Assembly: GCA_049965555.1 (NCBI GenBank)
Contig: JBMFWF010000005.1
Span: forward strand, 1 to 62,915
Source of the DNA: Candidatus Parvarchaeum sp.
GTDB taxonomy: Archaea; Nanobdellota; Nanobdellia; Parvarchaeales; Parvarchaeaceae
Reading direction: 5' to 3'
DNA: 62,915 nt
Both the position numbers and the translations under genes were made by a program. Positions 56,486-62,915 of this stretch are shown one piece after another (the first letter of the stretch is position 1; each line of letters opens with the position of its first letter). The notes beneath the pieces are model-generated. The model saw only the letters and a list, made by a program, of their open reading frames with translations, was not told where the DNA came from and ran no database searches.

Positions 56486-58162
56486 ATGCAGTATAAATGG
56501 ACCGTTCTAGCAAATACAACGATGGGCGGATTGATGGCTTCTATAAACGCTACAATAATACTTATTTCTTTGCCTTCAATTTTCCGTGGTTTAAATGTAA
56601 ATCCAATAGCACCGGGCAATTTTACATTACTTCTATGGGTCCTTTTAGGTTACATGGTCGTGACTGCCTCCCTTCTTGTTACTTTTGGCAGGTTATCTGA
56701 TGATTATGGAAGAAAGAGATTTTATACTATAGGATTTGCAATTTTTGCTGCAGCCTCCATAGCTTTATCCTTTACTCCTTATAACTCTGGTACAAATGGC
56801 GTTTTGTTCATAATAATATTTAGACTAGTGCAAGGAGTTGGCGGCGGATTTATAATGGTTAACAGCACAGCCTTGCTTACTGATGCATTTCCCGACAATG
56901 AAAGAGGGAAAGCATTGGGAACTAATCAGGTAGCTTTTCTTGCAGGGTCGTTTATAGGTCTTATCGCCGGAGGCTTGTTGGCCCCATTTGATTTTCATTT
57001 AATATTCATAGTAAACATTCCTTTTGCAGTTTTGGGTGCTTTTTGGTCTTATTATAAGTTAAAGGAGGAAAAAACTGGCGGCAAGAAGAAAGGATTAGAC
57101 TGGAAAGGTAACCTGGCTCTTTCTTTGGGCCTTATTTTAGTTGCACTTGGCTTTACGTACGCTCTTACTCCGTACAAAACAAATCCATTGGGCTGGGCAA
57201 ATCCCTGGGTTATTGCAAGTTTAATAATTGGAGTTTTTCTTATGGTAATGTTTGTGCCTATAGAGAAAAAGATTAAGAACCCCCTGTTTAAGCCGTCTTT
57301 ATTTAGAAACATACAGTTTCTTTTTAGTTCTCTTGCATTGTTTTTAAGCGCTTTAGCAAGAGGTGCAGTAATGTTTTTGGTCATAATCTGGCTGCAAGGC
57401 GTTTATCTGCCGCTGCATAATTTTACAATCGCTCAAACACCCTTTTGGGCAGGCATCTACATGATACCTTTGATGGTTGGATTTATAGGTTTGGGCCCGA
57501 TAAGCGGTGTTTTAACAGACAGATTTGGCGCAAGAATATTTAGTACACTTGGGCTTTTAATCACAGCAGTGGGGCTGTTCTTCTTAACTACTTTTTCAGC
57601 TAATTTCTCGTATCTGCCTTTTGGTATAGTTCTTTTTGTGATAGGTGCGGGAAATGGAATGTTTGCGGCACCGAATACTAAGAGAGCAATGGATGCATTG
57701 CCTTGGAAGGACCGTGGGGTAGGCAATGGAATAAGAACCACATTCGCTAATATAGGGCAGATGATAAGCATGGCAATCTTCTTTACTATAGCCATAACTG
57801 TGTTTTCATACGCATTGCCTTCTATAATTTCCACAGAGCTGACGTCCTTAAATGTTCCATCCACATTGACTTCACAGTTCTCTGCGATACCTGCTTCTTC
57901 TTTTCTTTTTTCAGCGTTTTTAGGCATAAATCCTGTATCTACTTTTTTATCTAGCGTACCATCTTCATTAACCTCTCTTATACCAAGTTCATCGTTAAAG
58001 ATTATGAATGAAAGTAGTTTCATTCCTAAGTTGATATCCTCTCCGTTTATGCAGGGTTTAAGGACTGCATTATACATTGGTATAATTATACTGATAATAG
58101 CGGCGATACTTTCTGCTTTTACAAAACACAAGGTTGCAAAGGGTGCAGAAAAAGTCAGGTAG
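56486..58162 (+). CDS. MFS drug:H+ antiporter (DHA2, 14 TM)
   Basis: GRLSD.YGRKR motif A, RLVQGVGG, ERGKALG, G.LTDRFG.R. Confidence 0.93.
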   Translation: MQYKWTVLANTTMGGLMASINATIILISLPSIFRGLNVNPIAPGNFTLLLWVLLGYMVVTASLLVTFGRLSDDYGRKRFYTIGFAIFAAASIALSFTPYNSGTNGVLFIIIFRLVQGVGGGFIMVNSTALLTDAFPDNERGKALGTNQVAFLAGSFIGLIAGGLLAPFDFHLIFIVNIPFAVLGAFWSYYKLKEEKTGGKKKGLDWKGNLALSLGLILVALGFTYALTPYKTNPLGWANPWVIASLIIGVFLMVMFVPIEKKIKNPLFKPSLFRNIQFLFSSLALFLSALARGAVMFLVIIWLQGVYLPLHNFTIAQTPFWAGIYMIPLMVGFIGLGPISGVLTDRFGARIFSTLGLLITAVGLFFLTTFSANFSYLPFGIVLFVIGAGNGMFAAPNTKRAMDALPWKDRGVGNGIRTTFANIGQMISMAIFFTIAITVFSYALPSIISTELTSLNVPSTLTSQFSAIPASSFLFSAFLGINPVSTFLSSVPSSLTSLIPSSSLKIMNESSFIPKLISSPFMQGLRTALYIGIIILIIAAILSAFTKHKVAKGAEKVR

Positions 58163-58165
58163 ACA

Positions 58166-59383
58166 TTATTTTATGTTTATTATATTGAGCATTTCTTTCT
58201 TTAATGTGTAATTTTCACTGTAAACTCTCTTCTCATTAGAATATGCATTTATTAAGTAATTCCCCGATTCAAGTGTGAATTCTCCTTTTCCATTTCTTAA
58301 GCTTTGATTAAAAGAATTTCCATTTTTATTAAAGGATATCGTCAAATTATTGAAAGAGCTATTTATGTAAAGTGTCCCTATATTAGAGGAATTTATTGAC
58401 CATAAGCTTCCAAGATAAACGTTTTTTCCGCTACTTATATTGGCATATATTAATCCATTACCATAGAATAAGGGGAATACTATTGCATTATTTACTCCCT
58501 CCTCCGTGTCGCAGCCAAAATCATATGTATCAGGTGCATTTTGAAAATTATCCCCGTTCCAATAACTTAAGGTCAATTGTGTAGAGCCACTTACAAGTGT
58601 TGTGTTTGAGCCGTCACCCGGGCCACCTACTATTATGCCCGCATCGTAAAAGTTGTAGCTGGGGGTGTAATTGAATCCGCTTATTAATATGGAATAGTTT
58701 TTTATGCTTTTATTGATTAGTAAGCTTACCTTATCATATTCTATCCATCCGTAACCATCATTGTATAAAAAAATTATTTCTGGCTTACCGTCTTTTGAAA
58801 GACTGGAATTTATTCTAAGGTAAATGGTTTGATTGTTTCTCAAAGTTATATTGTCTCCTGTTTGATTTACTGCCTGATAAAAATAATATGTAGAATTCTT
58901 AATAGACGGTGAGACAGTGCCATTACCCTCTATCAAACTGCTGTTTAAACTTGCATTTATTCTAGAGTCATTCCACACGTTGTCTATGAAGCTTATTCTC
59001 TTTGTTTGTGTATCCATAAGAATAACATTCTGCGCAAAATACGCCTGTGTTCTATTCCCATATTTTAAAAAAAGGTTTACATTCAGCTGAATAGATGCGT
59101 TGTAATCCCCGCTTAAGTTAGTAAGCAAATTGTTTGTTGTTACGCTGCTTTGTATCGAATCTGTAGAAATATTATATACATTACCGTAGCTGCTTACTCC
59201 ATAATCTACTATCCCCATCGGCGCCGGCTCAGAATACTTACATGAATAAAGATTAACTCCGCTGCTTATTCCTAAAGTTGTAAATTGGTAATTTTTGTAA
59301 GGATAAAGCATTGCCACTGCTATAATAAGGACAGCAAATACCCACCCAAAAAGCATTAACATCTCTGACTTTTGATCATCCAT
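58166..59383 (-). CDS. Thermopsin family (A5) acid protease
   Basis: PAPMGIVDYG, SIQLN, QNV, FIDNVWN, GGPG.G, YDFG.DT.E; many sequons. Confidence 0.88.
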   Translation of the reverse strand: MDDQKSEMLMLFGWVFAVLIIAVAMLYPYKNYQFTTLGISSGVNLYSCKYSEPAPMGIVDYGVSSYGNVYNISTDSIQSSVTTNNLLTNLSGDYNASIQLNVNLFLKYGNRTQAYFAQNVILMDTQTKRISFIDNVWNDSRINASLNSSLIEGNGTVSPSIKNSTYYFYQAVNQTGDNITLRNNQTIYLRINSSLSKDGKPEIIFLYNDGYGWIEYDKVSLLINKSIKNYSILISGFNYTPSYNFYDAGIIVGGPGDGSNTTLVSGSTQLTLSYWNGDNFQNAPDTYDFGCDTEEGVNNAIVFPLFYGNGLIYANISSGKNVYLGSLWSINSSNIGTLYINSSFNNLTISFNKNGNSFNQSLRNGKGEFTLESGNYLINAYSNEKRVYSENYTLKKEMLNIINIK

Positions 59384-59716
59384 ACAGTAGATAAGTATAC
59401 TAAAATTTAAGTACCTTTATAATTAGAGAACAGAAAAATGGTTTAAATGATATAGTGTAAAATAACAGTAATTAGAAATATTTAAAGATAAATATATTGT
59501 ATTAATTCAGAAAAAACTTAAGTTTTAGTGATCTTAATAATTTACAATAATTCTGTAAAAGTCAATATATAGCTTTATTTTCACTGAAAATTTCAATGAC
59601 TTTGAATAGAAACTTTTATATATGATATTTGATTACTTATAAATACTTAAAATGATTAAGAAAATTTACAATTTAAGCATAAAAAAGTATAAATATTGCA
59701 TTGGATTATTTAAGAT

Positions 59717-60358
59717 ATGATGAAGTATAGGATTTTATCTAAAAAAAGAAGTGAAAATAACAGAATTATAGCATTAGCTGTAAATTATATTTCCCCTTCA
59801 ATGGTAAAAATTTTACTAAACAAAAAATTAAAAGTAAATTCTATAGTGCAGATAGATGATGACATTGCATACTACAGAAAGAAGTGCATAGGAAAGGTCA
59901 TAGAAACAAGGAATGCGGACGAAATAACTATAAACACAGACTATTCTATAAAATACACCGGCGGTTATTCAGTCGATGGTAGGCGTGTTTTTCTTGATAA
60001 AAATTTCCCAAGGCTAGTGGTAGTAAACAATAAAATTGTCGATACTGTAGAGAGCATAGCCAGACATCACGAGATCACAGAAAAATGGCTTGTAGACTTT
60101 GGCCATTCTTACGCTTATTCACATAAATTAGCAACGTCCATAGAAAAAGCCTTCATAAGGTTTTTGGGAATAAACTGGGAAGATTACGATAAAGAAATTG
60201 CAAAGTACCTGCGTGAAAACTATAATAGAAAACTTGAAAACACTCCTTTGGATTTGGATCTTTTGCCTTACATAGAATCTAGGGATTCTAAGGCGCTTAA
60301 AGAAATAAAAGAGAGCATCAATACTGCGATACTGGATATAGCGCAGTATGAAAGATGA
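59717..60358 (+). CDS. Conserved hypothetical protein with putative metal-binding HE..E..H motif
   Basis: Y.GGYS.DG..V..D...P, HHEITEK.L...G..Y..SH..A, P.DLDL.PY. Confidence 0.7.
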   Translation: MMKYRILSKKRSENNRIIALAVNYISPSMVKILLNKKLKVNSIVQIDDDIAYYRKKCIGKVIETRNADEITINTDYSIKYTGGYSVDGRRVFLDKNFPRLVVVNNKIVDTVESIARHHEITEKWLVDFGHSYAYSHKLATSIEKAFIRFLGINWEDYDKEIAKYLRENYNRKLENTPLDLDLLPYIESRDSKALKEIKESINTAILDIAQYER

Positions 60359-60392
60359 AAAATTTTTTATAACTGTGCATCCTAAAAACTAA

Positions 60393-60815
60393 GTGGAAGA
60401 GTGTATATTCTGTAAAATAGTCAATAAAGAAGTAAAAGCAAGTTTAGTTTTTGAGAATGAAAATTTCATCGCTTTTCTGGACAAAAGCCCAATATTCAAA
60501 GGCCACACATTGCTTATACCAAAAAAGCACATTGAAACATTATTTGATTTTTCTGAAGATTATCTAAAAGAGTTTGCAGTTGAAACTAAACGTATAGCAA
60601 ATGGCGTAAAGAAAGGATTAGATTGCGATGGCATACTTCTTATAAATAACAATGTTGTCAGTCAAAGCGTTCCTCATTTCCATGTCCATATAATACCAAG
60701 AGAAAAAGGAAAGCCGTTAAAGGGTTTCATGTGGCCTAGGACAAGATATAAAGATGAAAGTGAGGAAGAGTCTTTCAGAGAAAAGATTGGAAAGGCGATA
60801 GAAAGCCTTAAATAA
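60393..60815 (+). CDS. HIT family hydrolase
   Basis: CIFCKI, GHTLLIPKKH, QSVPHFHVHIIPR; GTG start. Confidence 0.93.
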   Translation: MEECIFCKIVNKEVKASLVFENENFIAFLDKSPIFKGHTLLIPKKHIETLFDFSEDYLKEFAVETKRIANGVKKGLDCDGILLINNNVVSQSVPHFHVHIIPREKGKPLKGFMWPRTRYKDESEEESFREKIGKAIESLK

Positions 60816-60836
60816 GATACTATCCTTGAGGTTATT

Positions 60837-61811
60837 ATGCAAGCTAAGAAAACGATTATAGCTTCAATTGTTTTTATTTTTCTAGTAATTCTTGCCTTTA
60901 ATGCTGTTCATGCAGTAGGCTATGGTTATTCAAAAGTTACTTTAACTCAATATTCAGTGAATATCTCTCAAGGAAGTTCTGCCAACATAGGTTTTACTAT
61001 CTCATTGTTTAATGGAAGTTACTGGGGAACTTCTATTGCAGAGAGCCCTTCTAATAATTATATAACATTTACGCCAAGTGTTTCAAATCAGGATCCAACT
61101 TATAGCGGGACTTTAACCATAAGTGTAGCAAAGGGGGCACCGAAAGGAACATATACGTTTAATATCTCAGCTGTAGGCGATGATCCATCTGTTTCTCCTG
61201 TTCAATTAACCGTAAATGTTTTGAACTCAACAAGCAGTACTCCTCCAAGCGTAATTCCTCCTGTTAGTAGTACCCCCAAACCAATGAATTACTTTGATTA
61301 TGTGGGCAGTATCTTCTTAGTGTTAATTATTGTACTTTTAGGACTTGGCCTTTCAATGAAAAAGAAGTTTGCAAAAGCAGCGAAATATACAATGCTTGTC
61401 TCGATTGTTTTAAGTCTAGCAGCAGCAGTTTACCTTTTAGCTTATGATAGTCTATTAAGGATATCAGGAATGCTGCATTATGATATTCTGATAGTTTTCT
61501 TTATTCTTACAATAATACTTGCATACTTGATTTATGGCAACAAGAAAATGCATAGAAATGCTCTGCTTGTTTTGGGCAGCCTGTCTGCACTTTTTGTGCT
61601 AGCAATGTTTTTGGATGCGATTTTGGGTTTGCCTTTAACACAAATTTCTGGTTCATTATCCTATGGCTTCAACTATCTATTTGGATTTGGTGCAGCTGGT
61701 ACATACTCTTCATACAGCATTTCATTAGCATTCAGTATTTTGCTCTTATCAGTAACTGCGACTTCTATTCTTAGTCTGTTTTCATATCTTTTTGAAAACA
61801 GGAAAAAGTAG
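60837..61811 (+). CDS. Surface/membrane protein (signal peptide, Ig-like domain, P/S/T linker, about 5 TM)
   Basis: Signal ending AVHA, beta-rich domain with GTYTF.I, STSSTPPSVIPPVSSTP linker, C-terminal TM bundle; GAGGT SD. Confidence 0.75.
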   Translation: MQAKKTIIASIVFIFLVILAFNAVHAVGYGYSKVTLTQYSVNISQGSSANIGFTISLFNGSYWGTSIAESPSNNYITFTPSVSNQDPTYSGTLTISVAKGAPKGTYTFNISAVGDDPSVSPVQLTVNVLNSTSSTPPSVIPPVSSTPKPMNYFDYVGSIFLVLIIVLLGLGLSMKKKFAKAAKYTMLVSIVLSLAAAVYLLAYDSLLRISGMLHYDILIVFFILTIILAYLIYGNKKMHRNALLVLGSLSALFVLAMFLDAILGLPLTQISGSLSYGFNYLFGFGAAGTYSSYSISLAFSILLLSVTATSILSLFSYLFENRKK

Positions 61812-62093
61812 CTAATCTTTATTTCATTTTAATTTATCTACAAAAAATAAATTCAATTTTTTATCAAAAAATTTGATATTATGCCTTTTTAGCGGTTTTA
61901 AAGTGCAAAAAGTATTTAAATTAGAATATGCAAATAAAGTAATTATCTGTATATCCCGGATACGCAGGAGTGCTGCATCGCAGTGCTGTGATTGCATCTT
62001 TTCATATGCAGATATATTCGATGCTTTAAAAAGCAGATGAAGAATAGTGAGTGCGTGAATTTCATATTTATGCATGATGATGTTAATGCACCA

Positions 62094-62915
62094 ATTCCAG
62101 TTGATCCTGCTGGAGGTCACTGCTATTGGGATTCGAATGAGACATGCAAGTTCATCTGTTAGGTAATAACAGATTGCGTACGGCTGAGGCAACACATAGA
62201 TAACGTAACGTTAGGAGGAGGATACCCTCGGGAAACTGAGGTTAATACTCCATAGCAATAATTTCTGAAACGATTTTATTGTGAAATGGTTATTTCTAAT
62301 ACCGGAATAATGCGCCTAACGATCGGTCTATGCCTGATTAGACTGTTGGTGAGGTAACGGCTCACCAAATCTCAGATCAGTAGGGGCCATGGAAGTGGTT
62401 TCCCCCAGAAGGGTACTGAGACAAGGACCCTAGCACTACGGTGTGCAGCAGTCCCGAAAACTCCACAATGCGCGAAAGCGTGATGAGGGAATCCCAAGTG
62501 TTCTTTCCGTTTCGGAAGGAACTTTTGCCACGTTTTGAAATGGCGTGGCGAATAAGGGCTGGGCAAGCGGGTGCCAGCAGCCGCGGTAATACCTGCGGCC
62601 CGAGTTGTGACCATTATTATTGAGTCTAAAGCGTTCGTAGCTGGTTTGGATAGTTTGTGCTTAAATCTTTTCGTTTAACGGAAAGGCATGGTATAAATAC
62701 TTCTAGACTAGAGGCCGGGAGGGGAGATGGGAACTTTTCGGGTAGGAGTAAAATCCTTTAATCCGAAAAAGACCACCAATAGCGAAGGCACATCTCCAGA
62801 ACGGACCTGACGGTGAGGGACGAAGGCTAGGAGAACAAACCGGATTAGATACCCGGGTAGCCCTAGCAGTAAACGCTGCTTACTATACGTTGCATTTCCT
62901 TGAGGAAATGCAGTG
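62094..62915 (+). rRNA. rrs: 16S rRNA, 5' part (runs off the window)
   Basis: ATTCCAGTTGATCCTGCTGGA start, CATGCAAGT, GTGCCAGCAGCCGCGGTAA, GGATTAGATACCC; archaeal signature. Confidence 0.98.

Noticed and set aside
57457-58131. Long antisense ORFs (224 aa here; also 49469-50035, 32686-33174, 40797-41252)
   Set aside because: They lie wholly opposite well-supported genes and are shadows caused by codon bias.
61824-62623. ORFs overlapping the 16S rRNA and its leader
   Set aside because: They fall within or antisense to rRNA. No intron or homing endonuclease interrupts the visible part of the 16S.

Overview
AT-rich, very compact archaeal chromosome segment. It most likely comes from an acidophilic DPANN nanoarchaeon (Parvarchaeota/ARMAN-4/5-like), inferred from the divergent 16S rRNA, thermopsin, SALEY-type pilin and overall gene content. 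Most of it is housekeeping genes: lysS, valS, pheS/T, serS, hel308, RNase J, PCNA, TFE, SepF, AglB, enolase, ribosomal proteins and tRNA/rRNA modification enzymes. It also holds seven tRNA genes (two with 37/38 introns), an accessory block at about 53.7-61.8 kb and the 5' part of the 16S rRNA gene. The most striking signals are at the RNA level: (1) cbf5 is interrupted inside its catalytic Asp codon by a 12-nt, stop-containing insert that folds into a bulge-helix-bulge, i.e. a minimal mRNA intron; (2) a tRNA-Leu with an A34 anticodon (AAG) is an almost exact copy of tRNA-Leu(TAG); (3) the 39-nt tRNA-Trp intron looks like a miniaturised C/D guide pointing at C34; (4) a long G-U-rich hairpin fills the probable 5' UTR of a small zinc-ribbon gene missed by the ORF track. 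All family assignments come from motif recognition by eye, not from database searches.
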